Made by a program: the position numbers and the translations under genes | Assembly: GCA_964369995.1 (NCBI GenBank) | Contig: CAYJHH010000001.1 | Span: forward strand, 3,048 to 67,047 | DNA: 64,000 nt | Source of the DNA: an uncultured Desulfovibrionaceae bacterium | Lineage (GTDB): Bacteria > Desulfobacterota > Desulfovibrionia > Desulfovibrionales > Desulfovibrionaceae | Reading direction: 5' to 3' | Notes under the pieces: generated by a model | Told to the model about the DNA's origin: nothing | Seen by the model: the letters and a program-made list of their open reading frames with translations, nothing else | Databases searched by the model: none | Shown here: positions 33,093-42,864 of the stretch, piece by piece | Layout of the letters: every line of letters begins with the position of its first letter | How positions within the stretch are numbered: position 1 is the stretch's first letter

Positions 33093-34130
33093 ATGAAGAA
33101 AAAAAATATTTGCCGCAAACAGCACTATATCCCGCAAATGTTATTAAGAGGATTTTCAAAAGTTAATACAAAAATTTCTGTACATAAAAAAGATTCGACT
33201 TACGAGACAAACATCAAAGATACTGCTGCAATGCGAGATTTTTACTCTCCTGCAGATGACATGTCGCTAGACGATGTTCTTACTGATCATGAAGCATCAT
33301 CTCTCCAAAAACATATGTCTACTTTACGAAAACTTCCTAACGACAGTGAAGTTTTTAAAAATATAGCTAGTGAAGTAATTCATTTTTTTAATATAAGAAC
33401 AAAGTTTTTTAGAGATATTTTCAGCTCATTTGCAAAAGACACAGTAACATGTTTACAAGATAGCTTAACAAGAGAAGAATTTAAAAAACATACTAAATCC
33501 GGTGCAAGAGAAGCGGCTTTGCAAAATATTAGCGATTATTATGACAAAAACAAAGAAAAAATTCAAATAAATAAAAAACTTTTCTTAAAAATAGCAACAA
33601 ATTACTTTGATAAAAATCCTACTATCATTGAAAAATCTTTAGATCAGACTTATGATAATTTTAATTCAATAGTAGATCATACACTGTCTCAAATACCAAA
33701 TATCGTAAAAGATGGACACACAAAAGGGCTTGCACAAGTTTATGAATCACGTAATATTCCAGAATTTTATTCATCATTCACCTGGGTAATTAAAAAAGAT
33801 ACAAATTATAATTTTATACTACCTGATTGTATCGCAGTAGTAATAACAGAAGAAGGTTCTTCACCTGTTGGCTTTCAGAGCGAAGCTACGAGTTGTGTAA
33901 TTTTATTTCCAATAGCAAAAGATATATTACTGGTAGGAAAAAAAGGAGATTTTAAAGTTGATATATCAAAATTTAATCACTATGCCGCAGAAAATACCAG
34001 TGAGATATTTTTCTGTCACCCACAGTTCACCCCTCCAAATGATCTTCAAGAAATGATAGGAAATAAAATGTCTAAACTTACTTTCGATGAAGGCAAAAAA
34101 GCAGTTGAGAACTATCTCAAGAAAAAATAG
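33093..34130 (+). CDS. DUF4238-like protein (candidate single-gene anti-phage protein)
   Basis: 345 aa, AT-rich, and on the opposite strand to the late operon. The N-terminal KQHYIPQMLLRGF matches the DUF4238 signature as I recall it (HYvPqfyLr.F). SD AGGAG precedes the start. Confidence 0.55.
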   Translation: MKKKNICRKQHYIPQMLLRGFSKVNTKISVHKKDSTYETNIKDTAAMRDFYSPADDMSLDDVLTDHEASSLQKHMSTLRKLPNDSEVFKNIASEVIHFFNIRTKFFRDIFSSFAKDTVTCLQDSLTREEFKKHTKSGAREAALQNISDYYDKNKEKIQINKKLFLKIATNYFDKNPTIIEKSLDQTYDNFNSIVDHTLSQIPNIVKDGHTKGLAQVYESRNIPEFYSSFTWVIKKDTNYNFILPDCIAVVITEEGSSPVGFQSEATSCVILFPIAKDILLVGKKGDFKVDISKFNHYAAENTSEIFFCHPQFTPPNDLQEMIGNKMSKLTFDEGKKAVENYLKKK

Positions 34131-34249
34131 TGATAAATATTATAAAATTATCTTAGATCTATCTCTAAAAAGATTGGTACCTTTTGTTAAGTGAGCAAAT
34201 GTATGAGCACCTAAGGTATAGTTTATCTTAGGCACTCATACATTGACAT

Positions 34250-34441
34250 CTAGTAAACATTTTTTTTCAAATAATCCAAACATTCTGTACGACTATACCA
34301 ACGGCAACGCTTACCAACACCATAAGCTTTTAAGTTCCCACTTTCCACCAGCTTATACAACATGGACTTACTGCAACCAAGCACCTCACAAGCTTGCTGC
34401 CAATTCAATCTGTCATGCAAATCCATCATATTACCTCCCAA
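34250..34441 (-). CDS. Small HTH_17/AlpA-like DNA-binding protein
   Basis: 63 aa with LNWQQACEVLGCSKSMLYKLVESGNLKAYGVGKRCRWYSRTECLDYL. The start overlaps the end of the terminase gene. Confidence 0.5.
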   Translation of the reverse strand: MGGNMMDLHDRLNWQQACEVLGCSKSMLYKLVESGNLKAYGVGKRCRWYSRTECLDYLKKNVY

Positions 34442-36455
34442 ACCTATTTATGGAATTTCCTCGCAAAGCTTGCTGTTGCCTACGAGTATCTATTTTTTTC
34501 GTGTTTTGCTCTTGCCCCGTTGGCGTGGCAATCTTACGCACATCTAAAATATACGCCAAAGCAAGAGCCATCACCTCACAATCCCAGTAGTGATTAGGGC
34601 GCCGTTTTGGGTTAATCCAATTTTGCTTTGCGTCATCCCATACTTCTACGCACATTTCCCTGGCATATTGCTCAAGCTCCCCTGCTCCATTGCTATGTAA
34701 ATGAAAAGCCCCTGGATCATCAGGCATGATGCTAAGCTTATGCGACAAGTCAGACTTAAAGAACTTGGTATCGCAGCGCCATAGATTAAGCCCACCCGGT
34801 ATTTTCACCTTATTACCCCGCACATCAGGGTAATATTCTTGCGGTGACGGCGTGTAAGGCTGCGTCATGGAATGCACACCTTGCCAAGGGAAAGCCCTTC
34901 CACGATGTTTAATAGACCATGCATACACCGACTTGGTACGCCGTCCCATGGCGTCAATCATACAAGCACGCACTTTATGCTCACGCCCATCAGCGTCTCG
35001 GTACACATTTTTCCAAAGCACTTCATTAAGCGCAGCGAAAGATGGTACAATGCCAGATTGCACAAGCCAGCTTTCCTCCATATCCCCAAAGCCAAAAGCA
35101 CGAATCACATAACGAAAATGCCCTTTCTCTTCATTTTCTCCTTGCGTATCCACACCAGCAAGCAAACATGCCACTCGTGGCAAGCCCTCACGCATACTTG
35201 GTACAGCGCCACGTGGCCTATCGTCACAAAGATAAAGAATAGCGTCTTCTGAGCGCAGCGCATATTCTTCTTGCCATGGCTCCGCACAATACTGGTTAGA
35301 AAATTCCTTCAAATCCTCAATGCGCCCGCTTTTTTTATGCTTTAAAAAAGAACCTGCCACCTCAGATAATGACACGAAATACGAATACCAAGAGGGTAAA
35401 TGAAAGCCGAGCTTCACGGAAGCATATTGGTGTAAGTGAGCAAAGAGCTCAAGACCACTCACACGCTCCACCCAAAAACCTGCACGAACAGCTAAATCTC
35501 TATCTGCGTCAGACCAATGCGCTTTACAATGAGCGCATTCATACCAAGCTAGCCTATCCGAAGCTACTTTCTCAGGATCATTTGCTTCATCTGGCCAGCC
35601 TATATTTACAAAAATCATTTGCTGCGCAGTGCCGCACTTTTGGCAAATGGCATGAAAATCAAAACGAGCATGAGCTTCTTCGGTGAACGCTCGCCAAATG
35701 GGGCCATCTTCCGTGGTAGGCGTAGACAGCTTGAAAATAAAACGCCGTGACTTCCATGTGGTGGTACGCTTTTCTGCCAAAGATTCAGAAGACGCTTCTT
35801 TTTTAGGATTCTGATATTTATCAAGCTCATCCAAAATCAGAATACGAATGGGCTTGTTGCCAAGACGTGATACCGAGCCTGACCAACCAAGATAAATGGG
35901 CATATGCTTAAGGTTAATACGAATGCTTGAAGCATCATCTACAGAACCAGACATATAACCACGCAGCCTTGGAGAATCCTGTATCATGGGCAAAATTCTA
36001 TCCTTGGAGTTTTCCTTGGCTGTAAGTTCATCAGGAAAAACCACCATGGCAGGCCCTGGTGACATCTCAATCATTTGCCCAAGAATATTAAGGCCGGCTT
36101 CAGATCCACCAGTTTGCGGTGTTTTACAAAGTATCACCACCTGCACACCGGGAAACCTTGCCGCATCCATAATCCCCGTAAGATAAGGCGTAAATAAATT
36201 TTGCCATCTACCGGGTAAAGACGACATGCGCACCACACGCCTTTTCTCTGCCCACACTGAAGGCGTGAGGTACTTTTGCCTGCGCAGCACCACTCGTTCA
36301 GGCGCAGAAAAGCTAAAACTATACCCTAACCCTAAAGCTCGGCGCATAGTTTGTGGCAGCCAAGCGAGCACATCCTTTACCACAATGCGCTCGCTTTTTT
36401 CCCCCTTATTTTGTGTCAGAATCGACACTGTCGTCATGGTCTTCAAGACTTGCAT
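34431..36455 (-). CDS. Terminase large subunit (GpA family)
   Basis: 674 aa (lambda gpA is 641 aa). It has a Walker-A-like VILCKTPQTGGSEAG and a CxxC...CxxC element (CQKCG...CAHC). The position upstream of gpW/portal fits lambda order. Confidence 0.8.
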   Translation of the reverse strand: MQVLKTMTTVSILTQNKGEKSERIVVKDVLAWLPQTMRRALGLGYSFSFSAPERVVLRRQKYLTPSVWAEKRRVVRMSSLPGRWQNLFTPYLTGIMDAARFPGVQVVILCKTPQTGGSEAGLNILGQMIEMSPGPAMVVFPDELTAKENSKDRILPMIQDSPRLRGYMSGSVDDASSIRINLKHMPIYLGWSGSVSRLGNKPIRILILDELDKYQNPKKEASSESLAEKRTTTWKSRRFIFKLSTPTTEDGPIWRAFTEEAHARFDFHAICQKCGTAQQMIFVNIGWPDEANDPEKVASDRLAWYECAHCKAHWSDADRDLAVRAGFWVERVSGLELFAHLHQYASVKLGFHLPSWYSYFVSLSEVAGSFLKHKKSGRIEDLKEFSNQYCAEPWQEEYALRSEDAILYLCDDRPRGAVPSMREGLPRVACLLAGVDTQGENEEKGHFRYVIRAFGFGDMEESWLVQSGIVPSFAALNEVLWKNVYRDADGREHKVRACMIDAMGRRTKSVYAWSIKHRGRAFPWQGVHSMTQPYTPSPQEYYPDVRGNKVKIPGGLNLWRCDTKFFKSDLSHKLSIMPDDPGAFHLHSNGAGELEQYAREMCVEVWDDAKQNWINPKRRPNHYWDCEVMALALAYILDVRKIATPTGQEQNTKKIDTRRQQQALRGNSINRFGR

Positions 36456-37185
36456 CTAAAGTCACCTCAATTTCCATGGGCTGTGCATATCGGTTGCAAC
36501 AATCATCCACAACACTATCTGCAATACCCAAAAAATGATGCGCAAGCTTTGGCTCTCCGCCCACAGCCTGTATAAACTCCAGCGCTCTAGCTTCCATGGC
36601 AGTTTTTAATGCTGCGTTAAAAGCTACAGCTCGTGCCGCCAACTCCTGATCCACAATGTCACGAGCTATGAGCTTGCCCTCTGCCACCGCCACTGCCAAT
36701 TCTTTGCGCCGTGCGTCAGCTTCTTTGATACGAATATCCGCTTCATCTTTACGCCGCTGCGCATCCCATACTTCTCGGGTCACATGCTCAGGCGTTTCCA
36801 CCATAGGGAGCGTGGTGGCATATTTATCCACCTCACGCCTATTAAAACCGCCCGCCTTATCACGCCTGAGCAAACCTTTTTTTATATCTTGATACAGCTT
36901 TGCTTGCTTTACCTTGCGCCCAAGTTCGTTTTGAATATATAAAAGTACATCTTTAACACCTTTTAAATTGCTTTGTATAACCTCTGTAGTCATTTCTGCG
37001 TCCTCCAGCATCTTTGAGACACGCTGGAGCGCTGCAAGATTTGCGTTGGACGGCTCCTCAGAAACAGCTTTTTTTGCCATTTCCTTAGCCTTTATCAAAA
37101 CAGGAATATCCGTACCCTTGCTTTGTTTGAGCAAGGCATCAATCATTGCAGCACGTCCGGTGCCATTATTGTCTTGATTGTTCAC
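36406..37185 (-). CDS. Putative terminase small subunit (by position)
   Basis: 259-aa charged helical protein directly upstream of, and overlapping, the terminase large subunit gene. No motif recognised. Confidence 0.4.
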   Translation of the reverse strand: MNNQDNNGTGRAAMIDALLKQSKGTDIPVLIKAKEMAKKAVSEEPSNANLAALQRVSKMLEDAEMTTEVIQSNLKGVKDVLLYIQNELGRKVKQAKLYQDIKKGLLRRDKAGGFNRREVDKYATTLPMVETPEHVTREVWDAQRRKDEADIRIKEADARRKELAVAVAEGKLIARDIVDQELAARAVAFNAALKTAMEARALEFIQAVGGEPKLAHHFLGIADSVVDDCCNRYAQPMEIEVTLDASLEDHDDSVDSDTK

Positions 37186-37303
37186 GGTATCTCCTACTTC
37201 ACTTGAAATTTACTACACATAGGGCCTCTCTTGACTAAATATTGCAACAGAAGCTATTCTCCAACTTGGTTCTGGGGTTGAGGAACAGCTCAGCCACTAC
37301 CAA

Positions 37304-37327
37304 GGGGCGGTATGCCAGTACCGCCCC
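37304..37327. terminator. GC-rich hairpin between the early (replication/methylase) and late (terminase) gene blocks
   Basis: GGGGCGGTA-TGCCAG-TACCGCCCC, right after the stop of the 37332-37778 gene. A T-rich run is present only on the + strand side. Confidence 0.4.
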
Positions 37328-37331
37328 GCTT

Positions 37332-37778
37332 TTATTTCTTGCGCATTATCACATCATCACAGGGAACAAACACCACTCCTTTTTTTATGAGAAACACTGC
37401 TATATGCCACCGACCATCGCTTGCAAGAATGGGCGGGGAAGATGTCCACGTGCCTTCATAGCGTGGGAATCCATAGACATCATCCCCCACATACACGCTG
37501 ACTCGCATCTTATCTTGCAGCTCCGGCCTGGCAATGGCGGCAACGTCATCCTCAAGAGCCATATTTGCAATAAGACTTGCAAGGCCAATTTTATCAAACA
37601 ACTGAAAGTTACCCTCTGCATCCATAAGCCAGCGTCTTGCCATACGAACTCTATACAAACCCTCACCACCGCCAAACAAGCTTGCTTTTGCAATCTCAAA
37701 GCGCACTCTTTTAGCGCCCATTCTGACACTAAAAGAGCCGCAAAAAATGCGCTTATTTGTGTCACTTTTGGCACTCAT
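37332..37778 (-). CDS. Hypothetical phage protein (148 aa)
   Basis: The start overlaps the methylase stop (4 nt). No motif recognised. Confidence 0.5.
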   Translation of the reverse strand: MSAKSDTNKRIFCGSFSVRMGAKRVRFEIAKASLFGGGEGLYRVRMARRWLMDAEGNFQLFDKIGLASLIANMALEDDVAAIARPELQDKMRVSVYVGDDVYGFPRYEGTWTSSPPILASDGRWHIAVFLIKKGVVFVPCDDVIMRKK

Positions 37779-39112
37779 ACAAGTAAACTCTCAAGCGTTG
37801 CACCGTCATGCTCACGCTTTGCTTCCATGCCGGTAAAATCTTGCCAGCGGCGAATGATTACCTCAGCAAACTTGGGGTCAAGCTCCATGGTGCAGCATTT
37901 GCGCCCCATAATTTCACAAGCCATAAGCGTAGAACCGGAACCACCAAAAGGATCAAGTACAAGGCCACGTGCAGGGCTTGAGTTGGCAAGCATTTTTTGT
38001 ATGAGCTCCACCGGCTTGGTGGTGGGATGCAAGTCAGAACGTACAGGACGTGGCACGCTGATGACAGTGCCGGGCAATTCCTGCAACGTCACTTCACCTT
38101 CCAAACGGTACAGCTTACCATCCAAGAGCAGCTGCCATGCGCCGTCCTCCAGAGGAACAAATGCTTGAAGGCCGTAATCACGTATGGTCTTTTGCTTACG
38201 ATTGCCATACCATTTATGCGCAGCGCCGGTCTTCCAACCATAAAGAATAGGCTCATGCTGATGATGATAATCACCACGCCCAAGCACAGCCGACTGCTTA
38301 CGCCAAATAAGGCATGCCGCAAGCTTTAAACCAGCTCCCACAAAAGCCCGGCGAAATGCCATACCATCACCAGCTTCAGAGTGAGCCACATAAATGGCAC
38401 CGCCAGCTCGTAAAACCTCAACCATAACTTTATGGGCAGAGGTTAAAAAAAGGTCAAATTTCTCTTTAGTCATTTTGTCGTTTTTGATTTTTCCAGCTTT
38501 CCCTGCGTAGTCCACATTATACGGCGGGTCAGTCCATACCATATCAGCTTCATGGCCTTGCATAAGCCGGCGCATATCTGCAGCACTGGTGGAATCACCG
38601 CACAGCAGCCGATGATTTCCTAAAAGCCAAATCTCCCCATCACGCACAAGAGGGCTCACTGGAACGTCAGGAATAGCATCAGGGTCTTTGCCTTCTTGCA
38701 CTTCAAGCTGCAAAAGAAAATCGTCAATCTCACCTTGGTCAAAGCCCGTTAAGCTCAAATCAAAGTCAGCATTCAAAAGCAACTGCATTTCATGCATAAG
38801 TGCATCTTCATCCCATTCTGCCCATGTGGCAGAACGATTAATAAGAATACGCAAGGAGCGAACTTGTTCTGGAGTCAAATCATCAATGGGAATAACCGGT
38901 ATCGTTGCAATACCACTGGCCAGTGCAGCCTTAAGTCGTAAATGCCCATCAATGAGTGAGCCATCAGATTTGGCAAGTACAGGTGTAACAAAACCCACTT
39001 CGCTGAGTACATGCACCATCTTGCCCACAGCGTGGTCATTTTTACGTGGGTTATTTTCATAAGGCACAAGGCGTTCTATATCCCAATACTCAATACGTAA
39101 TTCTCTCATCAC
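37775..39112 (-). CDS. ParB-like nuclease domain fused to an N6/N4 DNA methyltransferase
   Basis: The N-terminus has LVPYENNPRKND and LIDGHLRLKAA (ParB N-terminal domain). The methylase motifs are MVWTDPPYNVDY and VLDPFGGSGSTLMACE. Confidence 0.85.
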   Translation of the reverse strand: MMRELRIEYWDIERLVPYENNPRKNDHAVGKMVHVLSEVGFVTPVLAKSDGSLIDGHLRLKAALASGIATIPVIPIDDLTPEQVRSLRILINRSATWAEWDEDALMHEMQLLLNADFDLSLTGFDQGEIDDFLLQLEVQEGKDPDAIPDVPVSPLVRDGEIWLLGNHRLLCGDSTSAADMRRLMQGHEADMVWTDPPYNVDYAGKAGKIKNDKMTKEKFDLFLTSAHKVMVEVLRAGGAIYVAHSEAGDGMAFRRAFVGAGLKLAACLIWRKQSAVLGRGDYHHQHEPILYGWKTGAAHKWYGNRKQKTIRDYGLQAFVPLEDGAWQLLLDGKLYRLEGEVTLQELPGTVISVPRPVRSDLHPTTKPVELIQKMLANSSPARGLVLDPFGGSGSTLMACEIMGRKCCTMELDPKFAEVIIRRWQDFTGMEAKREHDGATLESLLV

Positions 39113-40644
39113 TCATCCCTACCGAACACAAACAAAAAATTGTCTGCGGTTAAAAAAGTATCCACATGGCTAAAAACCCAGTCCCTTACATGTGCAGAAC
39201 GAGCTTGAAAGCGTAAAAATACTGACCATTTTTTTTGATTTTTACTTTTCCAAGCCTCATCTGCATTCCATTCAAAGCCAATAACACTCCCCCCAGCATC
39301 ATGAAAACATTGAAAATAAATAGGCTTTCCTTGCCATAACTTAGCTAAAATGCGCACATCTCTCGGTATATCTTCATAAGTAAAATACAAGGGCAGGCGA
39401 ATTTCTTTTCCCTTTACCCCAAAGCAGCACTTACCAAGTTTTTTAGCTCCCAAATCCCCACTTTTTTTACCTTCATAAATTGTTGCCTCAGGCATAGCTA
39501 AAAAAATCCACTGTGCTATATCCACCCCAAGCGAGTAAGCTTCGCCCGGATCCTTTCCTTTAGGCACTGGCCATAGTTTTGCCTGTGAATATTGCTCGCT
39601 CCACCACTTCCAATGCTTGGCAGTATGAAACTCACCTTGTGCGTTTTGCTCAAAATCAATGGCGAACAAAATACGTGCTGCCCTTGTAAGAAATTCATGC
39701 GCTCGCTTATCAGGCTTGCCCGATACAGTGAGAATGCTCACAACACCTACACGCCCACCACACGCATGATGCACAAGCATGGCGTCTAACTCTGCCTCCA
39801 CCACCACCCACGTGGCCAAATCTAAAGACACGCCGTGCGGGAATAAAATCATGGGCGCAGAGTACGGAGCGGTCTCTTGAGGGATAAGTTGAAACTTTGG
39901 ATCTTTAGGATTCGTGCGATCAATGTCTGCATCACGGCGGCGAATGCGAATACGCAAAGCTTTCCTTGGGTGGCTGTCCCCCCAACAAGGAATGGTAATT
40001 CCACGAGGGATGCGCAGGGCTCGAACTGTCTTACCGTCAGTTTTAGTACGAAGGCTCAGTCCAAAAGATGTACGCTGCCTGAAGATGCAAGTGCCGGTTT
40101 TATCTTCGCCCTCGATGTAGCCAAGGCCATAACGTACTACAGCTTCCATAGGCAGCCCACGTTTAGCAAGGTAGGTCATGATATTGCGCTCATCGAGCAA
40201 ACGAGTATGGGCTTCCTGTGCAAGTTTTGTGGCTTGTTGAACCCACACATCGGCAGGCGCTGCATAAGCCGCAGGTACCCACGCTGTAGCCCGCTGCTTG
40301 GGTAACTGGCGCATGGGACGATAAGCACGTCTTGCACCATTTTCTTGCTTTTCCAAAGCTATACCAAGCTCTGTACAAGCTTCAGTAAAGGATAATCCCA
40401 AATGCACCGTGCAAAAATCAAGAATATCTCCACCATTATCACAATGGCGTGGGCATGACCAAGTACCACGAAGGCCATTTTTACGTGCAAGAGCACCGCC
40501 GTCCTGCTCAGGGAAGATGATAAACCGATCAGTTCCGCCGCACTTGGGGCAAGGAGAATGCCACTCACCGCCCTTAATGGCGCTAGCTTTTTTAATACTA
40601 TCACCCGCCACGCAACGACGTAAAAGGTCAAGAATGCTAGCCAT
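39109..40644 (-). CDS. DNA primase-like protein (zinc ribbon + TOPRIM-like)
   Basis: HSPCPKCGGTDRF matches the primase-helicase zinc-binding motif, and an acidic VVVEAELDAM / FAIDFEQ region is TOPRIM-like. The ATG at 40644 has a GGGAGGA SD, so the track start at 40686 is rejected. Confidence 0.55.
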   Translation of the reverse strand: MASILDLLRRCVAGDSIKKASAIKGGEWHSPCPKCGGTDRFIIFPEQDGGALARKNGLRGTWSCPRHCDNGGDILDFCTVHLGLSFTEACTELGIALEKQENGARRAYRPMRQLPKQRATAWVPAAYAAPADVWVQQATKLAQEAHTRLLDERNIMTYLAKRGLPMEAVVRYGLGYIEGEDKTGTCIFRQRTSFGLSLRTKTDGKTVRALRIPRGITIPCWGDSHPRKALRIRIRRRDADIDRTNPKDPKFQLIPQETAPYSAPMILFPHGVSLDLATWVVVEAELDAMLVHHACGGRVGVVSILTVSGKPDKRAHEFLTRAARILFAIDFEQNAQGEFHTAKHWKWWSEQYSQAKLWPVPKGKDPGEAYSLGVDIAQWIFLAMPEATIYEGKKSGDLGAKKLGKCCFGVKGKEIRLPLYFTYEDIPRDVRILAKLWQGKPIYFQCFHDAGGSVIGFEWNADEAWKSKNQKKWSVFLRFQARSAHVRDWVFSHVDTFLTADNFLFVFGRDE

Positions 40645-40652
40645 GGGTAATC

Positions 40653-40882
40653 CTCCCAAGCTCCCATCCCCAAAGGGGCAAACCATAGAAGCTAAGTTCC
40701 CATTCTCCCATACTTTTTTCTATATATTGGGAGTATGGGAGGATAGTATGTATACATACGTATGCGCACAGGCATAGGCGCACGCAAAGAGTGTATAGGA
40801 TTTTTCCTCCCACACTCCCAAGGCATAATAGTGCCAAGGGGTTAGGGGAAAAAATGCTGTTTTTCCCGTGGGAGCTTGGGAG
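40653..40882. repeat. Four 14-bp CTCCCA-nn-CTCCCA dyads in alternating orientation around a 14-bp AT-rich palindrome (ori/iteron-like or SD/anti-SD RNA switch)
   Basis: Forward copies are CTCCCAAGCTCCCA (40653-40666) and CTCCCACACTCCCA (40807-40820). Reverse copies are TGGGAGTATGGGAG (40728-40741) and TGGGAGCTTGGGAG (40869-40882, an exact reverse complement of the first). An extra CTCCCA lies at 40705-40710, and the perfect palindrome GTATGTATACATAC at 40747-40760. Confidence 0.6.
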
Positions 40883-40899
40883 CTTTAAGAAAAAAGAGC

Positions 40900-42513
40900 T
40901 CATTTTGCGCCCCCTTTCTTGGTCTTTTCTTCCGCTAAGTCATCTTCATATTCGTCCAATATTTCTGGCTTCACAGAAACACCAAGGTAATACATCACGC
41001 TACTCTTTTTGCTGGGTATTCCTTTCTTCTCAAGAGCCGGTGTAAATTTCTTAGGCGTATAAGGGTAAGAATTTCCAAGAACCTTCTTGCACCACCAGTT
41101 GCAAATCTTCAGCAGCTCCGATGACGCCATGCGAGTTGTATAATCTCTCCCTCCTGTTGGCGGCTCTTCCACCTCGCAGCACTCTTTCAAGAAACGGCCA
41201 ATGTCATCTTGCAAGAAGAATTGATCCCGTGTGAAAGCTAGCACTCGCTCAGGAATGCGCAGGCCGTCCTGCAAAACTTCACGGCAGCCCCGCACCATAA
41301 GCGCCAAAATTCCTGAAGCCTCAGCTTCCAACTTTTTGGCCATCTCATAGTCAATCTGTCGCTCCCACGGTTTCGTAGGGTTAGGCACAAACTTCACAGG
41401 CCACTCAATACAAACGGTACGTGCGTTGAAGCCATCATCGTCCGTATCAAGTTTGGGTAAATAGTTTGTCAGTAGCAGCAACAAAGCCGATTGCTTCCAC
41501 TCGGTCACAAACTTATCTGTGATACCACGAGCAGAAATATAACCTCCGCCAGTTAAATCCTTAATTTTTGCTTGATCTAAAGCTTGTCTGGCATTGGCCT
41601 CTGAGGCGTAAGCAAGCTTGGCACCACGCAGTGCAAGCAAAGCCGGTTGTGGCTTTTCTGCGTCCTGCTGAAATTTTTGTTCCACAAGCAGCGAGGTGCC
41701 GATGCGCACGTGCAAGTTTTTCCCAAGAATATTCTTAATGGTATTCATGAGAGTATCCTTGCCATTACGTGAAAGAGGCCCATACATAATGGCCCAAATG
41801 TGCAAATGCTTTTCGCCAAGGAGCCCATATCCAAGCAGCCGAATAATAAACTCTTTCATTTCCTCATCGTCATTCATGCAGGACAGCAAATATTCTTGGA
41901 AATTCTTTGACGGAGTATCAAGACCAGTCCACGGCGTCGGGCAAGAGTTCAGCAAATACTGCTCTGGCTTACCCGGGCGACATTCTCCGGTGCGCAAATC
42001 AATGACCCCTGTGGGCGTGGCCATGAGGTAAGGCTGCCTATCCACATCTTCAATGGAAATGGTAAGAGGATTATCAATGCTGATGGCGCACTCCAAAACC
42101 TCTTTTCGGCCTGCAGCAGTACGCAAGCGCTCAAGCCGTCCCTTCAATAGCTTGTGTAAAGGAGATCCCTCCGGCTCATTACTTTCAGCATAAGCATTTT
42201 GATAGGCTGCGCACACACGCTCCACATCGGCAAGCGCCCTTTTGGAAAGCATATCTAAATCCCAGTGATGGCCTGCCCAGTACAGCCACTTACCCCACTC
42301 CTCCACAAAAATATATTTGCCACGAAAAAGCGTACAGAAAAGATCAGCATCACCAACTCTATTCCGGCGCAGCCGATCTAAGACAAATCCCTTATCCAAA
42401 GACTGCCCATCAGACTCTTGAGACTTTTCGCTTTGAGCACTCTCCGATGCGCAAGCAATCTCACAAGCACGAGCATTCACCGCATCTAGCATTTCTTGAT
42501 CAGCACTATTCAT
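40900..42513 (-). CDS. Phage/plasmid primase-helicase, P4/D5 family NTPase
   Basis: 537 aa. The layout is D5_N-like followed by a P-loop (IMYGPLSRNGKDTLMN, i.e. G.g.nGK[ST]) and a C-terminal wHTH-like region, as in P4 alpha C-terminal / D5 family proteins. Confidence 0.75.
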   Translation of the reverse strand: MNSADQEMLDAVNARACEIACASESAQSEKSQESDGQSLDKGFVLDRLRRNRVGDADLFCTLFRGKYIFVEEWGKWLYWAGHHWDLDMLSKRALADVERVCAAYQNAYAESNEPEGSPLHKLLKGRLERLRTAAGRKEVLECAISIDNPLTISIEDVDRQPYLMATPTGVIDLRTGECRPGKPEQYLLNSCPTPWTGLDTPSKNFQEYLLSCMNDDEEMKEFIIRLLGYGLLGEKHLHIWAIMYGPLSRNGKDTLMNTIKNILGKNLHVRIGTSLLVEQKFQQDAEKPQPALLALRGAKLAYASEANARQALDQAKIKDLTGGGYISARGITDKFVTEWKQSALLLLLTNYLPKLDTDDDGFNARTVCIEWPVKFVPNPTKPWERQIDYEMAKKLEAEASGILALMVRGCREVLQDGLRIPERVLAFTRDQFFLQDDIGRFLKECCEVEEPPTGGRDYTTRMASSELLKICNWWCKKVLGNSYPYTPKKFTPALEKKGIPSKKSSVMYYLGVSVKPEILDEYEDDLAEEKTKKGGAK

Positions 42514-42864
42514 CGGAGCACTCCTTGGCTAAAAAAGCTTTCTATTTTTCCACGGAAAATTTCTATAAATTGCGACCACTCCCCGGGGTCTACCTGCCCT
42601 TGCCTCAGAAAATACTGGAGAAGGACCCATGACCACAGGCGGTTGCTTGGGAGCTTTGGCTTGCCCTTTAGGGTAAAGGGGTGGGGGGAGGTGCAATGCG
42701 CAATGGGGGTATCAAAAGAGGAAGCGCCCACGTCCTCCCATGAGCGAAGCTTGGTGCAAGAGGCAACATGCAATCGCTGAATGAAGAACGTGGGCGCCCA
42801 TACGAATCTACGAACCAAGTGGATGCAGTGCAAAAAACACACAATTGGGTAGCTATAGGGTAGC

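Noticed and set aside
37242-38168. 308-aa + strand ORF in the track
   Set aside because: It is antisense to the 148-aa gene and the ParB-methylase gene, both of which have clear motifs or coupling. The composition is Ser/Cys/His-rich and typical of a shadow frame.
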